DNA from: a virus
Taxonomy: Duplodnaviria; Caudoviricetes
Length of the DNA stretch: 60,804 bases
Strand: one strand, 5' to 3'
Virus record (IMG/VR): IMGVR_UViG_3300035670_000221
Span: 1 to 60,804 of that record
Shown: piece after piece, positions 53,557 to 60,804 of the stretch
How positions within the stretch are numbered: position 1 is the stretch's first letter
How the letters are laid out: every line of letters begins with the position of its first letter
The notes under the pieces: model-generated
Database searches by the model: none
What the model was told of the DNA's origin: nothing
The model's input: the letters and a program-made list of their open reading frames with translations, nothing else
Translations under genes and position numbers: made by a program

Positions 53557-54743
53557 AAATTTTATTTGTAGGGGACTCACCGACTGTTAATACAGGCTTT
53601 GGAATAGTCTCTAGAAACTTATTAAACAGACTTTATAATAAAGGTCATGAAATTCATGTGCTGGGAATTAACCATCATGGAGAGCCTTATGATCAGAGGA
53701 AATTTCCATATCCGATCCATCCCTGCGAACCGGGCGGGGGGATGGACAAGTTGTTTGGCCTCAACCGTCTATGGCAGATTGTACCACATGTGCAGCCCGA
53801 CCTTCTATTTTATTTTAATGATCCGTGGATCATAGAGAAATACGAGCAGCACAGGCCCGCAACTATCTCGGCCCCCTACCTCAAGAGGATAGCCTACTTC
53901 CCTATCGATGCTGGCCCCCTCAAGCCTAGTACAGCAGAGTTTCTAAGTGAATTAGATGCTCAGATTTGTTATTCAAAGTTTGCAGAGCGTATTGTTATAG
54001 AAGCAAACAAGGGGGTGAGGCCGGATAACTTACACCAGATATATCACGGAGTAGACTCTGATATATTCTATCCAATAAACCAGCAGAAAGCACGGCAGCA
54101 ATTAGGCATTCCTTTAGATGCATGGGTAGTAGGCATGGTAGCGCGCAATCAGTATCGAAAGAGATTTGATATATTGATTAGTGCGTTTGCCAAATTTGCT
54201 AAGGACAAGCCTGATGCAAAATTATACTTACATACAGCCGTAGATGATGTTGGATTTGATTTAGTTGATTTGATCAAGAATCAATTTGATCTAGAAGGTA
54301 AGTTAATTCTTACCGAAGGGGTAACGCCGGCTAAGGGAGTTCCAGATGAGATGCTAAATCTTATCTATAATTCCTTTGATGTTAATGCTCTTATTAGTCT
54401 TGGCGATGGCTTTGGATTACCGGTGGCAGAGTCCATGGCAGTAGGGTGTCCGCAGATTGTGAGCGATCACTCTTGTTTGAAGGAATTAGTTGATGGTCAT
54501 GGCGGTTTAACAGTTAAGAATGCTGGCTGGCTACTACATACTGCTGGCATTAATACTTGGGGCGGATTAACAGATGAAGATGATCTAGTACGGAGTCTAG
54601 AATGGGCTTACAATCACAAGGAATTAATGCGTAAGCGCGGAGAAGATGGGTACAACTTTATAAAGCAGCCCCAGTTTAACTGGGACAATATTGCTGATGA
54701 GTTTGATAGTCTCATAAAGGGACTATTTCATATTATTAATTAA
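53553..54743 (+). CDS. Glycosyltransferase family 4
   Basis: TGFG, IYHGVD, ARNQYRKR, GDGFGLPVAESMAVGCP. Confidence 0.92.
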   Translation: MKILFVGDSPTVNTGFGIVSRNLLNRLYNKGHEIHVLGINHHGEPYDQRKFPYPIHPCEPGGGMDKLFGLNRLWQIVPHVQPDLLFYFNDPWIIEKYEQHRPATISAPYLKRIAYFPIDAGPLKPSTAEFLSELDAQICYSKFAERIVIEANKGVRPDNLHQIYHGVDSDIFYPINQQKARQQLGIPLDAWVVGMVARNQYRKRFDILISAFAKFAKDKPDAKLYLHTAVDDVGFDLVDLIKNQFDLEGKLILTEGVTPAKGVPDEMLNLIYNSFDVNALISLGDGFGLPVAESMAVGCPQIVSDHSCLKELVDGHGGLTVKNAGWLLHTAGINTWGGLTDEDDLVRSLEWAYNHKELMRKRGEDGYNFIKQPQFNWDNIADEFDSLIKGLFHIIN

Positions 54744-54747
54744 GGGG

Positions 54748-55395
54748 GTGAGCCTATTGGCGTCACTAAATATATTAAACTATCCTGCCAGATTTCAGTT
54801 TAGACAGCCAGGTGTGCCATTTAGTCTACAAAAGGTTGCTTGCACAGATACCTGTATTCAGATGATTCTTCATTATTATAAGGATCGACTACATTCATTA
54901 AATGATATAAGAAAAGATTCTGGCGTCCCTCCTTACGGAAGAGGTTTAAATGTTACGGCGGCTCTTAGAACATTAAGAGCAAATGGAGTTTCACACTATA
55001 ACTGGACGCTAGGATATAGTAGAACATTTATGAGAGCAAAACTAGCCCTTGGTCCGGTCATAGTAAGTGTTAATTATCGTTACTATCCAACATGGCCGGG
55101 ATCAAGATGCGGAGGAAACGATTGTAGAGAAGGCGGCAAGACAGACTGTGGCTTTACTGGCGCTCATGCAGTACTAGTAATCAAGCAAATACCTGTAAAG
55201 AATTCTGCCGGTACAATTGTTCGGTATGATTACTTAGTGCGTGATCCAGACCATAATTCAGCGAGTCGTCCCGAAAAGCCTCGATATGATCGAATGACAG
55301 AGGCACAGTTAAAGCGAGCCATGGAATATATCAAGTATATATCTGGCTGGACTAGGCCATATGTTATCTATCCAACAAGAAGAAAAGTTTTATAA
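54748..55395 (+). CDS. Peptidase C39-like cysteine protease (possible lysin)
   Basis: Q...ACTDTCIQM, GPVIVSV, HAVLV, DP. Basic protein next to a holin. Confidence 0.7.
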   Translation: MSLLASLNILNYPARFQFRQPGVPFSLQKVACTDTCIQMILHYYKDRLHSLNDIRKDSGVPPYGRGLNVTAALRTLRANGVSHYNWTLGYSRTFMRAKLALGPVIVSVNYRYYPTWPGSRCGGNDCREGGKTDCGFTGAHAVLVIKQIPVKNSAGTIVRYDYLVRDPDHNSASRPEKPRYDRMTEAQLKRAMEYIKYISGWTRPYVIYPTRRKVL

Positions 55396-55408
55396 GGAGA
55401 GTGTATAA

Positions 55409-55702
55409 ATGAGACCTCAAGGAATTCTAGTTCCGTACACATTAATAAGTAAGATTCCTCTATTTAATCAGCTTCCACCTGCAACTCAGGCTGTATTGCT
55501 TAGAGCATTAAAGGCAGCAGTTGCGACAGCAGTTGCTATCTTGTTAGCGGCAGCTTTAGGTGGAGTACTATTCCCCGCTGATTGGAGTCCAGTACTTGTT
55601 ATTGCAGTAACAACACTTCTACAGGCAATTGACAAGTGGCTACGGGCAACACCTGATCCGCCAGTCACAGACCCGATTGAGGAACCGGAGCCAGTAGTGT
55701 AA
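55409..55702 (+). CDS. Putative holin
   Basis: Two hydrophobic helices then IDKWLR. AAGGAG RBS. Confidence 0.65.
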   Translation: MRPQGILVPYTLISKIPLFNQLPPATQAVLLRALKAAVATAVAILLAAALGGVLFPADWSPVLVIAVTTLLQAIDKWLRATPDPPVTDPIEEPEPVV

Positions 55703-55708
55703 CTAATA

Positions 55709-55749
55709 GGGAATTGCTTGGAGTAAAATCTAGGCAATTCCCAATCTTT
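55709..55749 (+). terminator. Terminator-like hairpin ending the structural/lysis operon
   Basis: GGGAATTGCTTGGA...TCTAGGCAATTCCC. Weak T tail. Confidence 0.6.
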
Positions 55750-55757
55750 AATTATAT

Positions 55758-55786
55758 TTGATCTAATCCCCGGAGTGTGCTATCAT
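55758..55786 (+). promoter_or_regulatory. Putative promoter of replication module
   Basis: TTGATC, 17 bp, TATCAT with extended -10 TG. Confidence 0.55.
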
Positions 55787-55953
55787 ATTTATATATATTA
55801 TATAGAGTAGATGCTCTGTATAGTATAGTATCTATATAGGAGGGAGTGAAGCCGATGACTTGAACCTCGCGCCGGGACCGGCGTATTATCCAACTGAGTG
55901 CCCCGACTACTATGAGTGGGCCAATTGATCAACACTAGAAGGAGAGAAATAAA

Positions 55954-56688
55954 ATGCCATTTTCCGAAGAGCCAAAGACTCGTTCCTATGACGAGACTCG
56001 CAAGCGAACAAGCGCACAGTATGTAAAGTTTTCAGAAGACTATCGAGTTGTTCTACGCATTCTTGATCCCCACGCACGCACCGTCTGGAAGCATTGGATT
56101 GCGGAAGCGAATGGTGGACGGGGCATGATGGCTAATTGCCCTAATACCCCACAGAACCGTATCTGTCCGGTCTGCAAGCAGATTGATGCTCTTGCCAATG
56201 ATGACCCGCGAAAGATTGAGCGCAAGGCCAAGCGCCGATTTACCGTTAATGTCCTAGACAGAACCCCGACTACAGTATGTAATTCCTGTAATGCTGTAAC
56301 GCCCGGAAAGACTTGCCAGAATTGTCACGCTGATCTTAAGAAGGCTGAGTTTGTCCCGCTCAATAAGGTTAAGATTCTTGAGGGCGGGCCTGAGCTTTTC
56401 AATAAGACACTTAATGCTGTCGAGAAGATTCAGTCCGAAGACTTCGGCGTTGATATCACGGGCTATGATATTAACTTTACTACTACGGGTAAGCTACGGG
56501 ATCGAAAGATTGCTGCGCTTCCACAGCAGCCGTCAGATGTTCCGCTTGATGCAATGCTTGATCCTGAGACTGGTGAGCAGCAGAAGATTTTCGATCTTGA
56601 TCTGCTAGCGGAGCCGACCAGCGTTGAGGAAATCGAGGCAATGCTTCGGGGCGCAACACTAGAGGAAATCCTTGCCATTAGGGGATAA
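55954..56688 (+). CDS. gp32-like single-stranded DNA-binding protein
   Basis: KHWI...NCP...CPVC...RRFTVNVLDR...VKILEGG...GYDI, acidic tail, extra CNSC/CQNC ribbon. Confidence 0.72.
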   Translation: MPFSEEPKTRSYDETRKRTSAQYVKFSEDYRVVLRILDPHARTVWKHWIAEANGGRGMMANCPNTPQNRICPVCKQIDALANDDPRKIERKAKRRFTVNVLDRTPTTVCNSCNAVTPGKTCQNCHADLKKAEFVPLNKVKILEGGPELFNKTLNAVEKIQSEDFGVDITGYDINFTTTGKLRDRKIAALPQQPSDVPLDAMLDPETGEQQKIFDLDLLAEPTSVEEIEAMLRGATLEEILAIRG

Positions 56689-56694
56689 TTAAAT

Positions 56695-57132
56695 ATGCCT
56701 TATAAAAATAAGGCGGATGCGGAGGCGTGGCGCTTACGATATCAAGAGACAAAAAACTCTAGGCGTCGTGAGCGTTATGCCTCTGATCCTATTTATAGAG
56801 AAAAAATATTAAGCAATAAGTGGAAACCTCCTCCTGCTAAACAGCGAGAATATGAGAAGATAAGTAAGGAACGAAGCAGACTTCGGCGGATTGATAAGAT
56901 ACAAGAAACACAGAACAATCTGTGTGCGATATGCCATAAACCCGAGAGACAAATTTTAAACGGTAAACTTAAATTACTGAACCAAGATCACGACCACGAG
57001 TCGGGAAGACTTCGTGGCTTTCTTTGTATGGATTGTAATACGGGTCTAGGCAAATTTCACGATAATGTTGAGTATCTTAAGTCTGCCATAGAGTATTTAA
57101 TTCTATGGAGGACGAAAGATGGAGGAAGTTAA
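56695..57132 (+). CDS. Endonuclease VII-family nuclease
   Basis: CAIC...DHDHESGRLRGFLCMDCNTGLG. Confidence 0.9.
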   Translation: MPYKNKADAEAWRLRYQETKNSRRRERYASDPIYREKILSNKWKPPPAKQREYEKISKERSRLRRIDKIQETQNNLCAICHKPERQILNGKLKLLNQDHDHESGRLRGFLCMDCNTGLGKFHDNVEYLKSAIEYLILWRTKDGGS

Positions 57133-57490
57133 AAGTCTAAGTCAATGGCGCTTTGAGATTAAACGATTTGGCAAGCAGCATTGGGCAAGATTTTACCAAG
57201 CAATGGTGGGCTTTCCAGTATCTAGTTATCCTCGCTTCTATAAAACCTTGGAACGCTACGGTGAAGCCATTTTATTTGACTCCATCGTAGCGGCATCGGA
57301 TCGAACCTTTGACTCTGATCCTCTCAATTATGTAATGAAGATCGCACATAATAAGTGGAAGGAGCAGGAGGAAGAGATAGATGCAGCGGAAGAATACGAG
57401 GCGGATATCGAGAAAGCGAAGCGCCAAAGTCGTCGCCAGAGTGAGGAGTTAGCCAAGAAACTAGATAAGGCAAGGAGGATAAATGGTTAA
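57119..57490 (+). CDS. Hypothetical protein coupled to helicase (possible initiator/loader domain)
   Basis: GGAGG RBS. Overlaps both neighbours. Confidence 0.5.
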   Translation: MEEVKSLSQWRFEIKRFGKQHWARFYQAMVGFPVSSYPRFYKTLERYGEAILFDSIVAASDRTFDSDPLNYVMKIAHNKWKEQEEEIDAAEEYEADIEKAKRQSRRQSEELAKKLDKARRING

Positions 57491-58784
57491 CGATATACCG
57501 TTCAATGATGAGATGGAGAGGGCAGTAATCGTAGGGGTGCTGCAAGACCCTCTGGTTCTGCCCAAGATTACAGCAGTATTATCCTCCGAAGATTTCTTTA
57601 AGGAAGTCCACAGAGAAATATTCAAGGCTATCGAGTCGGTGGAGACTGTTGACTCCCTGACAATCAAGGACAATCTTAAGCCCGACACAAGGATATATTT
57701 CCAGAAACTCGTAGATAATTCTGACAGACTGCTCCCCAATATTTCTAACATATTTTATTATGCAGAGGAAATCAAGGGCAAGAGTAAGTTACGATCAGGT
57801 ATCGAGTTAGGTAGACAGATCGCAACACTCTGTTACCAAGAACCTTCGTCGGATGAAGCGATGCATAAATTGGAAGAGATGTTTGCATCGTTCCTACAGA
57901 AGCAGATAATCTCTTCCTATATAGAGTCTACCAAGGATGCGTTCCTAGAATTCTCCAAGGAAATCTATGAGCGTACCAAGAAGGTTACGGCAGGAGTAGA
58001 AACAGGATTGATGCAAGTTGACCTATTGGTTAATAGGTTAGAGGACTTGGTAATCCTAGCCGCCCGCCCAGGGATGGGCAAAACTGCATTGGCTATTAAT
58101 GTAGCACGCAATGTCGCACAAGATAAGCCAGTATTGTTCTTCTCGTTGGAACAGTCACGGGATCAGATATTTGAGAGAATGCTATCTGCTGAGTCAGAGG
58201 TAGGTCACGACGAGATTAGGACCGGAGCATTCGTTGCTGATCAAAAGGATCAAACTAAAGTACAGAAAGCGCAGGAAGCGCTTGCTAAAGTATTTGAAAG
58301 AATACATGTGGACGATAAGCCGGGAGTAACGGCATCATATATCGCCTCCGTTGCTAGACAAAAGAAGTATGAGTGGGGAGAGATTGGATTAATAATCGTA
58401 GACTATCTCCATATCATGAGGCTCAATGACAAGTTGCCTACGGTTGAGGCACTTGGAGAAGCCTGTAAAGACCTAAGAAACTTAGGGAAAGAGTTAGGTT
58501 GCCCCGTCCTGTTGCTAGCACAGTTGTCTAGACAGAATGAAAATCGGGAGCAGAATAAGAAACCTAATAAGCGACCACAACTGTCTGACCTTCGATCCTC
58601 AGGAGAGATTGAACAGACAGCAGACATAGTAATGTTCCTCTATCGGGATAGTTACTACGAATTGGCAGGGATGGGACCAGAAGATGACTCAATGGAAGTC
58701 ATCGTGCAGAAGCATCGTAATGGTCGCACCGGAATAGCAACAGTTAGATGGCTTCCTCGCTTTGTGAAATTTAAAGATTTCTAA
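57483..58784 (+). CDS. dnaB: Replicative DNA helicase
   Basis: LAARPGMGKT, FFSLE, IIVDYL, LAQLSR, DLRSSGEIEQTAD, KHRNG. Confidence 0.96.
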   Translation: MVNDIPFNDEMERAVIVGVLQDPLVLPKITAVLSSEDFFKEVHREIFKAIESVETVDSLTIKDNLKPDTRIYFQKLVDNSDRLLPNISNIFYYAEEIKGKSKLRSGIELGRQIATLCYQEPSSDEAMHKLEEMFASFLQKQIISSYIESTKDAFLEFSKEIYERTKKVTAGVETGLMQVDLLVNRLEDLVILAARPGMGKTALAINVARNVAQDKPVLFFSLEQSRDQIFERMLSAESEVGHDEIRTGAFVADQKDQTKVQKAQEALAKVFERIHVDDKPGVTASYIASVARQKKYEWGEIGLIIVDYLHIMRLNDKLPTVEALGEACKDLRNLGKELGCPVLLLAQLSRQNENREQNKKPNKRPQLSDLRSSGEIEQTADIVMFLYRDSYYELAGMGPEDDSMEVIVQKHRNGRTGIATVRWLPRFVKFKDF

Positions 58785-58795
58785 ACGAGGTTAAA

Positions 58796-59434
58796 ATGTA
58801 TAAAACAAGACGAAAGGTAAAGAAAGAATATAAGTGTACAGTATGTAATAAGGTGTACTTACGATGGCAAGGTTTCTGTAGCGGGTGCAAGAAGGCTGGA
58901 ACAGTACAAGAATTCAAATCAATAGTAGAGCCATCGAGAGCTACACAAGAACAAAAGACTTTAATACGACGATCAAAGACTTCGGAGAGGGCTGTAGCCA
59001 AGCGAATGCTAGAGGCTGACGGTCCCGATCCTGTCTTTCAGAAGATAGCCACAAGCACCGGGCGCATCGGACATATCACAGGGCTAAGAATAGATGCTAT
59101 ATCTAAATCCTATGTGACAGAGAATAAGAACCGCAAGATGCCCTCCTGGATTATAGCGGCATGGATACTGATAAATCAACGAGCCACAGACTTCGACAAG
59201 AATGCCCTACTCCATGTTGATCCACCTAATATGCCCCATGAATATAGTACTAACGGGTCCAAGTTTAAACTAGATACCATGGCGATTATTGGTCAAGGAA
59301 GGCATGAATCTTTAATCCACCATGAGAAGGCATTGGCCGCAGTAGTAGAAATTCTACAGTCTGAAACTCCCGAAGGAGAGAAACTAAATTCTATCATAGA
59401 ATACCTAGTAAATTCAGAGCATCTAAGGAAATAA
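58796..59434 (+). CDS. Zinc ribbon plus putative PD-(D/E)xK nuclease (resolvase-like)
   Basis: CTVC...WQGFCSGC ribbon. SER.VAK...RID...TENK. Confidence 0.55.
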   Translation: MYKTRRKVKKEYKCTVCNKVYLRWQGFCSGCKKAGTVQEFKSIVEPSRATQEQKTLIRRSKTSERAVAKRMLEADGPDPVFQKIATSTGRIGHITGLRIDAISKSYVTENKNRKMPSWIIAAWILINQRATDFDKNALLHVDPPNMPHEYSTNGSKFKLDTMAIIGQGRHESLIHHEKALAAVVEILQSETPEGEKLNSIIEYLVNSEHLRK

Positions 59435-59441
59435 AAGAGAG

Positions 59442-59470
59442 TTGCATTGCGCCCGGTTATATGCTAGAAT
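59442..59470 (+). promoter_or_regulatory. Sigma70/SigA-type promoter, twin of 11124..11152
   Basis: TTGCAT, 17 bp, TAGAAT with TG extension. Shares GAGTTGCATTGCG with the first promoter. Confidence 0.75.
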
Positions 59471-59524
59471 AGGTAGTAGCGGTAATCCAGCCGCCAAGCG
59501 GGGCTAGAAATACTGGGAGACTGT

Positions 59525-59737
59525 ATGAAGATTTGTGAAGAGTTTTGGGATGAATTTCTAGTCACAGCAAAGATGCTGTACATAATGGATCAGGAAGCAG
59601 ATGTTTATGATGTGTTTGAATATCTGCGTAGCCATCAGCAGGGTGCAAGTCCATATGGAGAAGCCTTCCTAAGACGAATTGATGCTGAGATTGAGAAGGA
59701 GGAAGGCAGACTTGAACATAGACGAATTATGGGATGA
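59525..59737 (+). CDS. Hypothetical protein
   Basis: GGGAG RBS, 70 aa. Confidence 0.6.
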   Translation: MKICEEFWDEFLVTAKMLYIMDQEADVYDVFEYLRSHQQGASPYGEAFLRRIDAEIEKEEGRLEHRRIMG

Positions 59738-60005
59738 GGTTAATACCTATCTTAAACAGGTCAGCGTAGAGATAGATGGAGAACACATATGGTCTAACTA
59801 TCAGAATGTCGTAGCGATTATTCTTAGGCTACAGGAAATGCACAATCAACTAGCCCTCCTAGAAATCGCTGGTAGTGCAACACCTGAGGCTAAGAAGTTT
59901 AGGACGATGATCGTTGACCCAACCATCGAACGGTTAGAGAAGGTCGCATCGTTTGAGAGCCGGAAGATGACCGGCAAGCAGATTGAAAGTCAATTAGAAA
60001 GGTAG
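59712..60005 (+). CDS. Helical hypothetical protein (TTG start inferred)
   Basis: GGAGG upstream of TTG 59712. Coiled-coil pattern. Confidence 0.55.
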   Translation: MNIDELWDEVNTYLKQVSVEIDGEHIWSNYQNVVAIILRLQEMHNQLALLEIAGSATPEAKKFRTMIVDPTIERLEKVASFESRKMTGKQIESQLER

Positions 60006-60010
60006 AGGAA

Positions 60011-60265
60011 ATGGCTAGTTCTGGAAAGATTGTTCGCACCGAAACAAACTCCGCAGACTTTGTTGAAATTGTTATTGATAAGCCTTTGGTGTCCGTAGCA
60101 ATTCATAACAGGTTCTATCCTGTGAGTGGTAGAGGTCATGCAAAGTGTGATCCTACGGATGCGTGGAGTGAGGATTTCGGTGTTCAGTTAGCGTATTCGC
60201 GGGCGTTGGCTCGCGCAAGTAATAGGCTTATTAAGCATCTAGTGAAGTCTAAGCAAGGGGTGTGA
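60011..60265 (+). CDS. Phage hypothetical protein
   Basis: AKCDPTD.W...FG..LA..RA motif of a type common in phage genomes. Confidence 0.6.
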   Translation: MASSGKIVRTETNSADFVEIVIDKPLVSVAIHNRFYPVSGRGHAKCDPTDAWSEDFGVQLAYSRALARASNRLIKHLVKSKQGV

Positions 60266-60270
60266 TATGA

Positions 60271-60483
60271 ATGGGGATAAGCACCGGACCTAAGCGTGAT
60301 CCGGCCAAAGCCCTCGTTAATAAGTTATCTAGAAATAACTTTAACCTTATGAACAAAGCCGGTCAACTAGGCCGACAGGGAGTTAAGGGTCCAGCAGAAA
60401 TGCAGGAAAGGAGGGGTTTACTTGGTCCCGCGACACACCGTACAAAGAAGAAGAAGCAATATAAGCCGAGGATTTACGGTTAA
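60271..60483 (+). CDS. Basic hypothetical protein
   Basis: 70-aa coupled ORF. Confidence 0.55.
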   Translation: MGISTGPKRDPAKALVNKLSRNNFNLMNKAGQLGRQGVKGPAEMQERRGLLGPATHRTKKKKQYKPRIYG

Positions 60484-60725
60484 TGCAAAAAAGATTCGTC
60501 ATTGGATTGTATCCGACATTCGAAGCAGCGAAAGCAGCAAAGGACAAGGAGTTAACAGAGCATCCAGAGAACAATTACCAAGTGAGAAGAAAGTATAGAA
60601 ACTTTGCTGTTGTCCATCGAGTGACAACCGAAGAGTCAGAGCAAATCATCGAGCGTGCCAATAGTCTTTATCGCAAGCGCCCCAAGAAAAGGAGCAGGAG
60701 AAGTGTCGCAGATTTCCCAGCGTGA
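60483..60725 (+). CDS. Basic hypothetical protein
   Basis: TAATG coupling. IGLYPTFEAA motif. Confidence 0.55.
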   Translation: MQKRFVIGLYPTFEAAKAAKDKELTEHPENNYQVRRKYRNFAVVHRVTTEESEQIIERANSLYRKRPKKRSRRSVADFPA

Positions 60726-60804
60726 TTTCGATACCATGACAGATAATCCAGATAAGATTTATCTGATCGTGGCAAATAATTTTGAGGAAGCATATATGTC
60801 AGAG

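Noticed and set aside
1-60804. Prophage boundaries, integrase, tail sheath or host genes
   Set aside because: None seen. Lifestyle and host cannot be determined from this window.

Overview
A 60.8 kb segment of a large tailed dsDNA phage, probably a siphovirus (tail tube, chaperone frameshift, tape measure, Dit and Tal-like genes, no sheath). Every credible gene is on the + strand. Order: (1) three tandem giant fibre-like proteins built from a ~14-residue Gln/Ala repeat (I-K-Q-T-Y-x-x-Y-A-Q-A-Q-A-Q) with inserted beta-sandwich domains, the first cut by the window edge; (2) a promoter-led array of 19 tRNAs interleaved with small ORFs, a two-frame C5 DNA methyltransferase, glycosyltransferase-like genes, an HNH and an amidase, plus an 88-nt RNA resembling only the tRNA-like domain of tmRNA; (3) terminase, portal, protease/scaffold, decoration and capsid genes; (4) a neck module interrupted by two glycosyltransferases; (5) a tail module with a 2787-aa QA-repeat fibre whose C-terminus is a second copy of the distal tail protein; (6) GT4, C39-like peptidase and holin; (7) the start of a replication module (gp32-like SSB, endonuclease VII, DnaB). 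The best candidate for an undescribed system is the modular QA-repeat fibre family: domains plugged in at a fixed repeat position, apparent split-domain chaining between neighbouring fibres, and one fibre anchored through a duplicated Dit. The tag-less mini-tmRNA is the second candidate. All family calls come from motif recognition by eye. No searches were run and the host cannot be determined.
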